From: a virus
Taxonomy: Duplodnaviria; Caudoviricetes
IMG/VR virus record: IMGVR_UViG_2816332320_000003
Location: 64,001 to 128,000 of that record
Reading direction: 5' to 3' (one strand)
DNA length: 64,000 nucleotides
Shown here: piece by piece, positions 1 to 9,136 of the stretch
How the letters are laid out: the number at the start of each line of letters is the position of its first letter
How positions within the stretch are numbered: position 1 is the stretch's first letter
Notes under the pieces: generated by a model
Databases searched by the model: none
What the model was told of the DNA's origin: nothing
Seen by the model: only the letters and a program-made list of their open reading frames with translations
Program-made: the position numbers and the translations under genes

Positions 1-44
1 TGTGTGAAAAGTTGTCTACACTCCTAATGAGGGGTGTACGATCT

Positions 45-377
45 ATGGAGCTTGTTTTGCAACACATAGGGAAAATGATTCGTGAAATTCGAAAGGCGCA
101 AGGGTTGAGCCAAGAACAATTAGCCGAAAAGGTTGGAACAAAACATACAGATATAGGAAAGCTAGAGCGCGGAGAGCGGAATGTAACCCTAAAAACACTT
201 GAAAAAGTGGCTTCCTCATTGGAAATTGAAGTGTATAAGCTATTTGAATATGACATTCAGGAAAAATCTACAGAGAAAGAGTATTTAATAAACAGGATAA
301 ACCAAAGTCTAATTGATATGCCTGAGTCAGATTTAAGAAAAGTTTTGTCCATATTGAATATTATTTACAATGAATAA
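45..377 (+). CDS. XRE-family HTH transcriptional regulator
   Basis: IREIRKAQGLSQEQLAEKVG...IGKLERGERNVTLKTLEKVA HTH_3 signature; GGGGTG RBS before ATG 45. Confidence 0.9.
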   Translation: MELVLQHIGKMIREIRKAQGLSQEQLAEKVGTKHTDIGKLERGERNVTLKTLEKVASSLEIEVYKLFEYDIQEKSTEKEYLINRINQSLIDMPESDLRKVLSILNIIYNE

Positions 378-379
378 TA

Positions 380-401
380 GCTCTAGAAATTAATCTAGAG
401 C
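380..401 (+). terminator. intrinsic terminator hairpin
   Basis: GCTCTAGA-AATTAA-TCTAGAGC followed by T-rich tract just after stop. Confidence 0.6.
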
Positions 402-489
402 TTGCTTTGTTTAGCTTTAAAAATTTTCATTTTTAAGTGGTTACACAGTTATAAATCATAGATAATCAAAATTGCTTAAAGTGATGAGC

Positions 490-888
490 TTAGCATAATA
501 CTGGTATGACATCTGTCCAATCAATTGAAAAGTCATTAACTTTCATGTCTCCTACATTGGTTTCAACTTCATTAATTACTATATTCAATTCACTCATTGC
601 ACAATTGGCTGCATAAATTGCATCTTCTTCATTTATCTCAAAAGGGTGTGATACGTATAGAGTTAATGTACCGAACCAATTGTCTCCATATCTATCTTCC
701 CAATCTAATGACCAGTCATGAACTTTTGGAAAAAACACTTCTCCACTTAGGGAGAACAATTGCAGCATCTTAAGATTAAACCATACTTCTTCCACATATA
801 CATTAGACTGCACGTTTAACACAAGCTTACCGAAGACTTGAGATTTTACTTTTACTTTTCTTTTATTTAGAATGAGAATGGGTGTCAT
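490..888 (-). CDS. hypothetical protein, SOS-controlled
   Basis: 132-aa ORF with GGAGG RBS; upstream sigmaA promoter and LexA box. Confidence 0.7.
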   Translation of the reverse strand: MTPILILNKRKVKVKSQVFGKLVLNVQSNVYVEEVWFNLKMLQLFSLSGEVFFPKVHDWSLDWEDRYGDNWFGTLTLYVSHPFEINEEDAIYAANCAMSELNIVINEVETNVGDMKVNDFSIDWTDVIPVLC

Positions 889-975
889 TAAGATGCCTCC
901 TCTAAGCGCTCCTTTCGTCTTGGTCGGATGGTGGGGCGCTTTGATGTTTTTTAAAAGTACAAGATTCTCATATAA

Positions 976-987
976 GAACGTTAGTTC
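976..987. promoter_or_regulatory. LexA/DinR (Cheo) box
   Basis: GAAC-GTTA-GTTC immediately downstream of minus-strand TTGACT-N17-CATAAT. Confidence 0.75.
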
Positions 988-1068
988 CTATTATGGGTTA
1001 TGCAAACCTTATAGTCAATGCCTACCTCCCATTCAATTAACATCTTCTATTAAAATGCAAAAAAGAAC

Positions 1069-1097
1069 TTGAATTTTAATATCTAAAATATTATGAT
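1069..1097 (+). promoter_or_regulatory. sigmaA promoter of tubRZ-like operon with phage operator-like box in spacer
   Basis: TTGAAT-N17-TATGAT; spacer contains TAATATCTAAAATAT. Confidence 0.6.
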
Positions 1098-1147
1098 ACA
1101 TTCATGGATATACCAAAATATTCAAATGCAATATCGGAGGTGTTAAT

Positions 1148-1420
1148 TTGTCATCAGAATATTTTGATCTAATAGTCAAACGTTTGAGTAGAGAAGATTT
1201 GATTTTATTAGAGATATTACGAGAGGAAGAGGCAACAATGGCTAGATCCTCACTGTCAATGCAGAAATTACAGGAAAAGTCAACATTGACTGATGCATTG
1301 TTTCGAAAAACTGTTTATAGACTAAATGCTAACTACTTCGTCGAATCAGAAACAAATAATAAGACTCAATCTTATTACTTAACAGACTTCGGAATACAAG
1401 CAATAACTAAAACTAATTAA
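1148..1420 (+). CDS. winged-helix DNA-binding protein, TubR-like adaptor
   Basis: 90 aa, C-terminal wing YYLTDFG; GGAGG RBS; directly upstream of tubulin-like gene. Confidence 0.65.
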   Translation: MSSEYFDLIVKRLSREDLILLEILREEEATMARSSLSMQKLQEKSTLTDALFRKTVYRLNANYFVESETNNKTQSYYLTDFGIQAITKTN

Positions 1421-1440
1421 TTAGAAGGAGTGGATTTATT

Positions 1441-2562
1441 GTGATAGCTGTTGTGGGTTTGGGTGGTGCAGGTGGAAACTGCGCTGACGAGGCAATAAAA
1501 CGTGGTTTTTATGGGGTTGCAATTAACTACTCTGATCGAGATTTAAGGGCACTGGAACACGTCGAGCATAAGTTGAAGCTACAAGGCTCTGAAGGCGTTG
1601 GAAAGAATCGTGAGGAAGCGACAGCTCTTCTCTCTACTCAATATGATGCTGTGGTTAAATGGATCATTGACCATCTTTCTTCTCCTTCGATCAAAATTAT
1701 AGCATTTTACTACTCCACCTCTGGTGGCTCAGGATCTGGAATCGCTTCTCTGCTTATGGAATTACTTCAAAGTATCATGCCTGATAAGACAATAATTGCA
1801 TTCCCAATTCTTCCTGATCTAAGTGAAGACGAAACTGCACAATTGAATTGTCTTGCTGCATCTGAGGAGTTATCAAAACTTAATGTACTCTCCTTTCCAA
1901 TTGACAATCAACAAGTCAAGAATGGAAATAACAATATACCTAAAAATAAGATATATGAAATCACAAACACAAATGCAGTCTATTTGCTCCATTCGGTTGT
2001 CTCGTACATTGAACTATCTAGTAAAAACGGAAACTTCGATGAGCAGGATCTCCTTACTGTTTTAGGCACCAAAGGCGTTGGTCATATTTGCGAAGTCAAT
2101 ATAAAAACCCCTGTGAACATTGAGCAAACATCTCAAGGGCTTACAGATATTATTCATGAGCAATGGAAAACATCAATATTCGCCCCCATCGATTATCAAC
2201 ATGTCACAAGAGCAGCAGTTATCTTTGATGGTGACGAGAAATACACTGACTTGATCTCACATCAGGATATGTTCTCTGTGTTTGAAAATGGCACACCAAT
2301 AGGATTATATGAAGGATACTACCACAATTCAGCAAACAGGATTATTACGGTCTTAACTGGACTTCCATGGTTTACCTCAAGATTGAAACAGATTGAGCAT
2401 ATCATTGAACAGAACACTAGTAAGATTGAAACTGTTCTCTCTAGCCAAGCTGATACCTCCTATGTTTCATCAGTATCTAGTATTGCAAACAAATTAAAAA
2501 GCCCCATTAAAAGTACTCCTAAATCGTCTACAGCAGATATTGTTGCGAAATATAAGCGCTAA
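1441..2562 (+). CDS. tubulin/FtsZ-family GTPase (TubZ-like)
   Basis: VVGLGGAGGN, EGVGKNRE, SGGSGSG tubulin signature, FDEQD T7-like loop. Confidence 0.88.
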   Translation: MIAVVGLGGAGGNCADEAIKRGFYGVAINYSDRDLRALEHVEHKLKLQGSEGVGKNREEATALLSTQYDAVVKWIIDHLSSPSIKIIAFYYSTSGGSGSGIASLLMELLQSIMPDKTIIAFPILPDLSEDETAQLNCLAASEELSKLNVLSFPIDNQQVKNGNNNIPKNKIYEITNTNAVYLLHSVVSYIELSSKNGNFDEQDLLTVLGTKGVGHICEVNIKTPVNIEQTSQGLTDIIHEQWKTSIFAPIDYQHVTRAAVIFDGDEKYTDLISHQDMFSVFENGTPIGLYEGYYHNSANRIITVLTGLPWFTSRLKQIEHIIEQNTSKIETVLSSQADTSYVSSVSSIANKLKSPIKSTPKSSTADIVAKYKR

Positions 2563-2570
2563 ATTGTTTT

Positions 2571-2593
2571 GGGTGCAGATTACTGCACCCTTT
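2571..2593 (+). terminator. intrinsic terminator
   Basis: GGGTGCAG-ATTA-CTGCACCC-TTT after the tubZ-like stop. Confidence 0.7.
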
Positions 2594-2747
2594 AGAATAC
2601 AGACATTATTGTTCGGCTTTATTAATTCCGCCAAAGTATAGACCCCGTAAATTTTTTCACCTCTTAAGCTTGATTACCTCTAATAACGAACGTTAATTAA
2701 TCTCTCGTTTCAATTGTTCGGTTATACTCCAAAAAAACAACCCGTCA

Positions 2748-3773
2748 TTATGACAGGTTGTTTTCGTTGTATATCTGTTTAATCATATCAATGTTGATAT
2801 ATTCTTTCATAGGGTGCCAATTGTAACCCTCGTAACCGTTATTGTTGATTTTTCCAACTCCAAATTGCTCACAAACCTCTAAGTACTGCTCTTTTTCTAA
2901 TTTACCATCTCGCTCAAGAATTTCTTTTGCATGATAGAGCATACCACTACGCTGTATATTCTTCACAGTAAAATTCTCTAATACAAACATTTCACTGATT
3001 GTAGATAGTCGAGCATAAATAAGATGGGTATTTACTTGCTCTATGTGAACAGTTTTAGTTTTTGCTGGTTTAATAACATAACCTGTTTCAATTAATTGAC
3101 TTACTTCTTTGGTGTTCCTTGAGTTAGGATTTATATGACCGTTTCGCTTGTAATACTCTGTTTGCATATCAGCTTGCTTAATTAATGCAATGCACTCACT
3201 AGGGACTTTAATTATCCTAGTTTGTCCATCCTTATCATCTGTTAGTATCACTTCACTTGTCTCAAGACTGACATCACTTGTGCGTAAGTTTCTTAGTTCT
3301 GAAACTTCTCGTCCATTTGCCCCATAGAATAGCAATGAAATAATTACAGCATCTTGAGCATTCCTACATCTATTTATTATTTCATCAATCTCCATCTTAG
3401 AATAGAATAGTTTTATATTATCATCTAAGAATTTTTCAGCCCAATTATCAAATTGGTATCTCATAGGATTGATGGTGTTTGATCTATACCCTTCTTCAAT
3501 TGCCCAGTCAATATATGAAGATATAATGCTTATATTGGACTTACTTGCAGCAGCAGTCTTTGGTTTTAAATGAAATAGGACGTTCTCAATTTCTTTAATA
3601 TTAAAATCATACATATCTCTATTCAAACTAGCTTCTACAAGACTACTCCTAATAAAAATCCTTTCATAAGGACCTTTACTGTCATCTGAAATCTCTTCCA
3701 TAAACCTGTTTTTCACTTGTTCATTAAAAATATTATCTTGATAAATTTGATTAGGGGCATTTTTGTTAGACAC
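2748..3773 (-). CDS. catalytically degenerate tyrosine-recombinase-fold protein; SPbeta MrpR/YopR/SroF-like master repressor
   Basis: SAM-like N-terminus; LLFYGANGREVSELRNL (interrupted GxRxxE), KNIQRSG in place of HxxR, no recognisable C-terminal H/Y pair; follows DGQHR gene as in SPbeta yopQ-yopR. Confidence 0.75.
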   Translation of the reverse strand: MSNKNAPNQIYQDNIFNEQVKNRFMEEISDDSKGPYERIFIRSSLVEASLNRDMYDFNIKEIENVLFHLKPKTAAASKSNISIISSYIDWAIEEGYRSNTINPMRYQFDNWAEKFLDDNIKLFYSKMEIDEIINRCRNAQDAVIISLLFYGANGREVSELRNLRTSDVSLETSEVILTDDKDGQTRIIKVPSECIALIKQADMQTEYYKRNGHINPNSRNTKEVSQLIETGYVIKPAKTKTVHIEQVNTHLIYARLSTISEMFVLENFTVKNIQRSGMLYHAKEILERDGKLEKEQYLEVCEQFGVGKINNNGYEGYNWHPMKEYINIDMIKQIYNENNLS

Positions 3774-5085
3774 CTTTTAGACTCCCCTCTAGTGGAATTT
3801 GTTTAAAGTAGTCACGCACAAACTTTTTGAGTTTCTTGTTTGATATTGGGACATTCATATTTTTCACTTCTTGAATAAATGTATTATTCTCAGTGAGGTC
3901 TATCTTAGAAATGATATCAGCCACAGATCTAGCTGGTACTTCGTTATCAAACATCTGTTTTGCTAGGGATAGATAACCAATGAACATGAAATGCTTAGAC
4001 ATTAATGTTTCTCCACTCTTCTCCTTTGCAAATTCGTGTGGGAAAGAGCCAATTAAGTAATCAAAAAATACAATGAGGTAGTTGGCTAGATTTAATGCCT
4101 CAATTTTAGAATTTAACTTAAACTGTTCTTCTATTTCTTCAGTTAAAAGTTTGTAACTTAATAAATGACCAACAGCATGATTTAGTAAGTGTGTTGGTGA
4201 AACTCTATTCCTTAATTCTGATTCTTTTTGTAATTCTTTTGCAACAATATCACTATACCTGTCAGCTCTAAGTTTCTGAATGTAAGTATTGGGCATTTTA
4301 TTAACTGTATTGATTTGTGCAACATATGCTTGCGCCTCTTTAGTAGAGAAGTTTTTTATGGCAACTTGTACTTTTAAATCTTCATCAGGGTTCAATTGAT
4401 TAATAACTTGAGAAAAAGCATTTAATCGATGGAAACCATCTAGGATATCTATTTCACCTGATTTGATTGTTAATCTCGCATGTTTCTCATCATAACTTAG
4501 TTCATCTCGTCCATCAGCTAAGAGATTCAAAATAATGGTATCTGCTCGAAATGTTTTATTTAGAATGTGCTCTACAATCTCTTTAACTGATTGTTTGTTT
4601 ACATTTGCTAATGTTACAATCTTCCCTTTTTTTAATCGTTCTTTTGGATTTCTCTGTGTTTCAGGGTTATATTCAATTAATTGCGAGTTGTCCCACTCAA
4701 CTAGTGTTTTAATTGGCAATGCTGTAATAAATTCTTGGTCATTAAGATAAACAACATTTTCAATATTTATAGGGAGTGCAATTCTCTCGTCTAAAAACTC
4801 TTTGTGTCTAGAAGCCACTTGTATTTCACGTTCATTAAAATAGATCTCAGGGTTAAAACGATTCTCGGTAGTCAAGGTATAAATAGAGTTTGTGAGCAGA
4901 AATAAAAGAGTGTCATCTAACTCTCCAATAGGTGTAAATTGATTAATTATCTTCTGCACGTCCCCAGCTAGAATATTATATTTAGCTAGTTCACCCTTAA
5001 GCTCTTCTGTAAATTTCGAATCAGATTTTATATCTTCGAATTTTTGTAATAGAACTTGCTCCAATTCTGATCTATTGACCTTCAT
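3766..5085 (-). CDS. DGQHR/DndB-domain (ParB-like fold) protein, YopQ/SroE-like
   Basis: YNPETQR and IDILDGFHRLNA motifs; GGAAGGTG RBS before ATG 5085; overlaps sroF-like gene. Confidence 0.8.
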   Translation of the reverse strand: MKVNRSELEQVLLQKFEDIKSDSKFTEELKGELAKYNILAGDVQKIINQFTPIGELDDTLLFLLTNSIYTLTTENRFNPEIYFNEREIQVASRHKEFLDERIALPINIENVVYLNDQEFITALPIKTLVEWDNSQLIEYNPETQRNPKERLKKGKIVTLANVNKQSVKEIVEHILNKTFRADTIILNLLADGRDELSYDEKHARLTIKSGEIDILDGFHRLNAFSQVINQLNPDEDLKVQVAIKNFSTKEAQAYVAQINTVNKMPNTYIQKLRADRYSDIVAKELQKESELRNRVSPTHLLNHAVGHLLSYKLLTEEIEEQFKLNSKIEALNLANYLIVFFDYLIGSFPHEFAKEKSGETLMSKHFMFIGYLSLAKQMFDNEVPARSVADIISKIDLTENNTFIQEVKNMNVPISNKKLKKFVRDYFKQIPLEGSLKGV

Positions 5086-5223
5086 GAAATCACCTTCCTC
5101 GATATTCAGTTTATTAAAATTGTAGTCATTTCCAACTTTAATTATACCTAAATCCACTATAAACAACAATGAGTATTTATTTTATTTATATAAGCAAAAT
5201 CCCCTATCGCTAGGGGTTAAATG

Positions 5224-5841
5224 TCACTTCTTGTCCAATCCCATTATAAATGTGATTGTCCTGAATGAATTGTTTGATGTTGCTAATTGTAGGGCAATCT
5301 TTCTTAGTGCGGCTGCATCTTTAGTTCCATTTAATTTCGAAATAAATTTGCCCCTGATATCCTTTTGACATTCATCGCAATACCAATGTTGCTCATACTC
5401 AGGTGTGAATTGAGTATAGCATCCACCATTATAGCAAACGTTATCTTTTAACTTAACAGCCTTACCATACGTTTTGTAGCCCGCCTGTAGCATAGCTTCT
5501 GTCCATGTTAATTCTCTTTTAGAAAGTGCTTCACTATCTGGCTTAAGCTTCAATTTATCGTACTCAGTAGATGTCGGCACGTATCCAAGTTCCTTAATTG
5601 ATTCTTTGAGTTGTTGCACCAATTCTTCAGCAGTTAACATGGAAGGATGGGGCATAATATTGGCTTCACGTAGCATATTAGTCCATCCAAAATGATCTTT
5701 AATGTAAGAATAAGAAGGCTTTAGACCAGATTTCTTGTAAATTTCTGGTGTTACATTACCCTTGTTTTCTGTCGATAATGCGCGCAAATTTCTGAGTACT
5801 AGCTTTTTTGCTTCAGCTTCAGTGTAAACATTTGACACCAC
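5224..5841 (-). CDS. protein with homing-endonuclease-associated repeats and Cys cluster
   Basis: two repeats (VTPEIYKKSGLKPSYSYIKDHFGWTNML / VPTSTEYDKLKLKPDSEAL..LTWTEAM), CYNGGC...YCDEC. Confidence 0.55.
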   Translation of the reverse strand: MVSNVYTEAEAKKLVLRNLRALSTENKGNVTPEIYKKSGLKPSYSYIKDHFGWTNMLREANIMPHPSMLTAEELVQQLKESIKELGYVPTSTEYDKLKLKPDSEALSKRELTWTEAMLQAGYKTYGKAVKLKDNVCYNGGCYTQFTPEYEQHWYCDECQKDIRGKFISKLNGTKDAAALRKIALQLATSNNSFRTITFIMGLDKK

Positions 5842-5894
5842 TTATCACCCCATCACTGATTATAAGGTAGAGTTTTACACAAGACAACAAAGAT

Positions 5895-5920
5895 AAAACC
5901 ATACTTTAAGTATGGTTTTA
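5895..5920. terminator. hairpin, probable terminator
   Basis: AAAACCATACTT-T-AAGTATGGTTTT inverted repeat. Confidence 0.55.
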
Positions 5921-5924
5921 AGAT

Positions 5925-6155
5925 TTAATTTATTATAGGCATATTTGGCATTTTACTGATCATTGGATTGTTCTTGTAGAACTCATTAAGACATCGGATA
6001 TATAGAATTAAGTCGTTCCATTCTTTCGTGGTGACTTTTTCATATTGATTTACTGTCTCATAGAAAATAACTAGGCATTCATTACTTAAAGTAGCAGCAG
6101 GATCAGTCCTACGAATATGAGTACCGTTGCCTCTCTCGCTTTTCACTAAAAACAT
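5925..6155 (-). CDS. hypothetical protein
   Basis: 76-aa ORF with AAGGAGG RBS. Confidence 0.65.
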   Translation of the reverse strand: MFLVKSERGNGTHIRRTDPAATLSNECLVIFYETVNQYEKVTTKEWNDLILYIRCLNEFYKNNPMISKMPNMPIIN

Positions 6156-6291
6156 TGTCTGTAGTACCTCCTTATTATCACGTCCCTACTGCAAGGGCTT
6201 TATTTCTCGATTCTTCCTTTACTATCGTGATACTATATATTAATTTTACTTAAAATGCCTTGTGCTACATCTTTATTTTGATTTATTTTGC

Positions 6292-6789
6292 TTATGCCAC
6301 TCTTGCCTCGTTCCATGAAACTGCACAGCCTAAACAATCTAACGAGATATAGTCACCACTTGTCGTTTGAAACAGAACCTCATCTTTAGATTCTACGTTT
6401 GCCCATGTCCAGCTCTTAATTGACTTAAATAGATTCACTTCGGCGTTTATAACCAACATCCCAATTACTGTATAAGTATCAGATTCTTCATAAGCTTCCA
6501 TCCATTCCAATGTAAAGCTATCCACCCTTATTGCCCTTTCAGGTACGTTGTTTTGCAACAAAACCTTACTGATATACATATCATTAAGCATGTATTGTGC
6601 TGCCATCAGTGCACTCTCTTGATCCTCTGTGTCAATATTATAAGCTGCTACTCTTATCTTAATAACGCCACAAGCTGTAGCTTTAGCGCTAACCTCTGCC
6701 CTCTTACCTGTTTTCTTTTCGTGCATCTTCTTGGTTGCCACTTCAATCATTTCTATTGATCTGGAAAGTTTCTTATTTATACCGTTCAT
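6292..6789 (-). CDS. hypothetical protein in the AimX position (probable AimR target)
   Basis: ORF with GGGGTG RBS directly downstream of aimP-like gene and its terminator. Confidence 0.65.
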   Translation of the reverse strand: MNGINKKLSRSIEMIEVATKKMHEKKTGKRAEVSAKATACGVIKIRVAAYNIDTEDQESALMAAQYMLNDMYISKVLLQNNVPERAIRVDSFTLEWMEAYEESDTYTVIGMLVINAEVNLFKSIKSWTWANVESKDEVLFQTTSGDYISLDCLGCAVSWNEARVA

Positions 6790-6798
6790 AACAAACAC

Positions 6799-6873
6799 CC
6801 CATGACAAATTTATTTTATACTTATACAGTATCATGGGTTGGCAAGAATCATGACTAATATTTTTTTTGCCAA
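6799..6873. promoter_or_regulatory. candidate AimR operator region (widely spaced inverted repeats)
   Basis: CCCATGA-N26-TCATGGG (6799-6838) and TTGGCAA-N21-TTGCCAA (6839-6873). Confidence 0.45.
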
Positions 6874-6903
6874 TTGTTATTTTTTATTGACTAAAAGAAA
6901 AAA

Positions 6904-6917
6904 GTGGCTTTCGCCAC
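6904..6917 (-). terminator. terminator after aimP-like gene
   Basis: GTGGC-TTTC-GCCAC stem followed on the minus strand by a T-run. Confidence 0.6.
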
Positions 6918-6926
6918 CCATTTCTT

Positions 6927-7022
6927 TTACCAGCCACCACCCGGATCTTGTTGAAGGATCACAAGTGCAACTGGTACAATATAAGCCAGAGCCATTAAAA
7001 GTTTTGCTTTCGCTGCTTTCAT
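6927..7022 (-). CDS. aimP: arbitrium-type signalling pro-peptide MKAAKAKLLMALAYIVPVALVILQQDPGGGW (not in ORF track)
   Basis: 31 aa; GGGAGGTG RBS overlapping end of receptor; basic N-terminus, hydrophobic core, C-terminal DPGGGW. Confidence 0.8.
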   Translation of the reverse strand: MKAAKAKLLMALAYIVPVALVILQQDPGGGW

Positions 7023-7028
7023 TAGTAC

Positions 7029-8375
7029 TCACCTCCCTTCAAGCAGCGACTCAAATTTCTGCCTCTGTTCATTATTTAATGAGAAATTATTTTTATATAT
7101 TATTTTGGTTCCTTCTCTAAATCGTTTCATTTGACCCATCTCTACTGCCAGTATCAAGCATTCAATAGCTTGATTAATGGCTTCGTGTGAGTTTTTAAGT
7201 TCAGAATAGTACTTAGCCAAGGCAGATCGAAGTCTTAAGGTTGATTTTTTAATCAACATGTAATCATATTCAGAAAACTGATCAATTATATTTTTGTATT
7301 TATTAATTAAATTACTTGCCTCATTTGGCATACCATGTTTTAAGTAGCACTCAACTGCTAAAGGTAAAACATAATAGAGGTTTTTCGGATCTTGCTCATT
7401 CGCCCAATCAATGTAATCATTGATCGCAGAACAGTCCCCTTTTTCAATTAAGGTATAACTTTTATTGCCAATAGCTATATTCTTAAAATAGTCATTGATC
7501 GCTGCATACCTCTCAATTATCAATAAAGACTCTTCATATTTCTCCATCCCTCTATATGCATAAGCCTGATAAATCAATGACTCTCCAATGTATTTCTGGT
7601 ATGGGGCATGATATTTTTCTTTATTAATTGACAGTGAAATAGATTCAAGCTCAATTGCATAGTCTAATAAATTCTCCCAGTCCTCCATAACATTGAAAAA
7701 TGTTAAGGTTCTATAGTACGCATCAAGTTTTACATTGTACAATTCACCGTCTTTTTCAATGAATTCATCCGGAAGTAAAATGAGATAATCTAACAGTCTA
7801 TGTAGTGCCTCTTTTCCCTTCCCCTGCAAGTCTTGATCTCTAAGTATCATAAATTTTTTAAAATAGCATATAGCTAGTTTTTCACTCTTTTTCTGTTCTT
7901 CTTTGATGATCTCGTTATACAATTCCAATGCAAAATCATATAATTTCATTTCATATAGTTTGTCAGATATTCTTAAAACTAAGTCTTTATTGGATTTAAC
8001 ATCTTGATTAAGAATTTCATAGGTTATTGCCTTTGCTAACAATGGCAAATCAGCTTCATAGCAACACATGATGAATTCTTCACACTTTGCTACTTTGTAT
8101 TTCCCGTTACTATCAATGCACTCACTTACAAAGTCATAATACAACTCCCCTTTTTTAAGACCAAGTGTATCTGAGATTAGATTAAGATGTTCAAGACTCA
8201 TTGGTCGAGGATCATCATTTTTTAGTATTTTATTTAAAGTTGTAGCGTGGATTCCTGTTGCTTCTGCAATGTCTTTTTGCATCATACCTTTTTGATCCAT
8301 GAGAGAGGAAATCTTGCCTCTAAGATTGCAACGTGCAATATCCAATTCAATCTTTTCGTTACTTTGGATAAGCAT
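7029..8375 (-). CDS. aimR: RRNPP-family HTH-TPR peptide receptor (AimR-like)
   Basis: N-terminal XRE HTH (QKDIAEATGIHATTLNKIL), helical TPR-like repeats, adjacent pro-peptide gene, SPbeta-like synteny. Confidence 0.8.
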   Translation of the reverse strand: MLIQSNEKIELDIARCNLRGKISSLMDQKGMMQKDIAEATGIHATTLNKILKNDDPRPMSLEHLNLISDTLGLKKGELYYDFVSECIDSNGKYKVAKCEEFIMCCYEADLPLLAKAITYEILNQDVKSNKDLVLRISDKLYEMKLYDFALELYNEIIKEEQKKSEKLAICYFKKFMILRDQDLQGKGKEALHRLLDYLILLPDEFIEKDGELYNVKLDAYYRTLTFFNVMEDWENLLDYAIELESISLSINKEKYHAPYQKYIGESLIYQAYAYRGMEKYEESLLIIERYAAINDYFKNIAIGNKSYTLIEKGDCSAINDYIDWANEQDPKNLYYVLPLAVECYLKHGMPNEASNLINKYKNIIDQFSEYDYMLIKKSTLRLRSALAKYYSELKNSHEAINQAIECLILAVEMGQMKRFREGTKIIYKNNFSLNNEQRQKFESLLEGR

Positions 8376-8412
8376 GTCTACATCCCCTTTTCGAGTTATT
8401 CCTTACACTCTC

Positions 8413-8458
8413 AATATAACATCGATAGATTTATTTTACAATATATTTTTAGTTATTA
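8413..8458 (-). promoter_or_regulatory. aimR promoter with 17-bp phage box abutting -35
   Basis: minus strand TAATAACTAAAAATATA-TTGTAA-N17-TATATT. Confidence 0.6.
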
Positions 8459-8488
8459 TTCGAATCAAATTTCGATTTTATTTGGAAT

Positions 8489-8638
8489 TCATTCATCGTC
8501 CACACTATCTAGGTTTCGACTCGCACAAGATGGACAAAAATGAATTGAAGTTTCTTCTGGCATTAATACCGCAAACTGAAACTCGCAATCCTTACACTTG
8601 TAGATTGAATCATACATCCATTCTCTTATAATATCCAT
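8489..8638 (-). CDS. 49-aa zinc-ribbon protein (not in ORF track)
   Basis: MDIIREWMYDSIYKCKDCEFQF...FCPSCASRNLDSVDDE; AAGGAG RBS. Confidence 0.65.
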   Translation of the reverse strand: MDIIREWMYDSIYKCKDCEFQFAVLMPEETSIHFCPSCASRNLDSVDDE

Positions 8639-8660
8639 TCACTTCTTCTCCTTCTTATAA

Positions 8661-9110
8661 TCAAATGTTCATTTTATCTTGCCTTAGAACTCTTTCCAAT
8701 TCAAACTCCAAAGCACCAATAGAAATAGCCTCTATTTCATATTTTTTGGTCAACAAATCTCTTGGTGCCCAACTTGAGTATATGTTCCATATATACCCAT
8801 CAACCATATGTAGCATTTTCCACCCATAGCGTTCCATTTTAGGCATAGAACCATAGTAGATTCTAACTATGGCAGGAAATACTTCTATGTCGGTATCTTC
8901 TTTAATCTTTAAAGCCAACTTATAAGAGTCTTTGGTGATAAGTGATTTATTAGAAGTGTTCATATTTTGATCAACGAGAAGCTCCATAATAGCTTTCCAG
9001 TTATCATTATCATATTTAGCTTTTACTTCTCTGTATAGCTCGCTGTCTTTCTCATCAAACCAGCGCCAGCTATCTCCCTTTAGCTTTTTGAACAAGTGAT
9101 AGTGTTCCAT
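8661..9110 (-). CDS. hypothetical protein
   Basis: 149-aa ORF in leftward run with RBS. Confidence 0.7.
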   Translation of the reverse strand: MEHYHLFKKLKGDSWRWFDEKDSELYREVKAKYDNDNWKAIMELLVDQNMNTSNKSLITKDSYKLALKIKEDTDIEVFPAIVRIYYGSMPKMERYGWKMLHMVDGYIWNIYSSWAPRDLLTKKYEIEAISIGALEFELERVLRQDKMNI

Positions 9111-9136
9111 TTGCCATCAACCTTCTTAGTTAATAA

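Noticed and set aside
1441-2562. Host ftsZ or nucleus-forming jumbo-phage PhuZ
   Set aside because: Too divergent for FtsZ, no dcw context, no shell protein evident; the wHTH partner fits TubRZ better.
2748-3773. Calling this the prophage integrase
   Set aside because: Catalytic residues are degenerate, no att site is nearby, and synteny matches the MrpR/SroF repressor.
3766-5085. Phosphorothioate (Dnd) modification system
   Set aside because: Only a DndB/DGQHR domain is present, with no dndACDE; the context is the SPbeta repression module.
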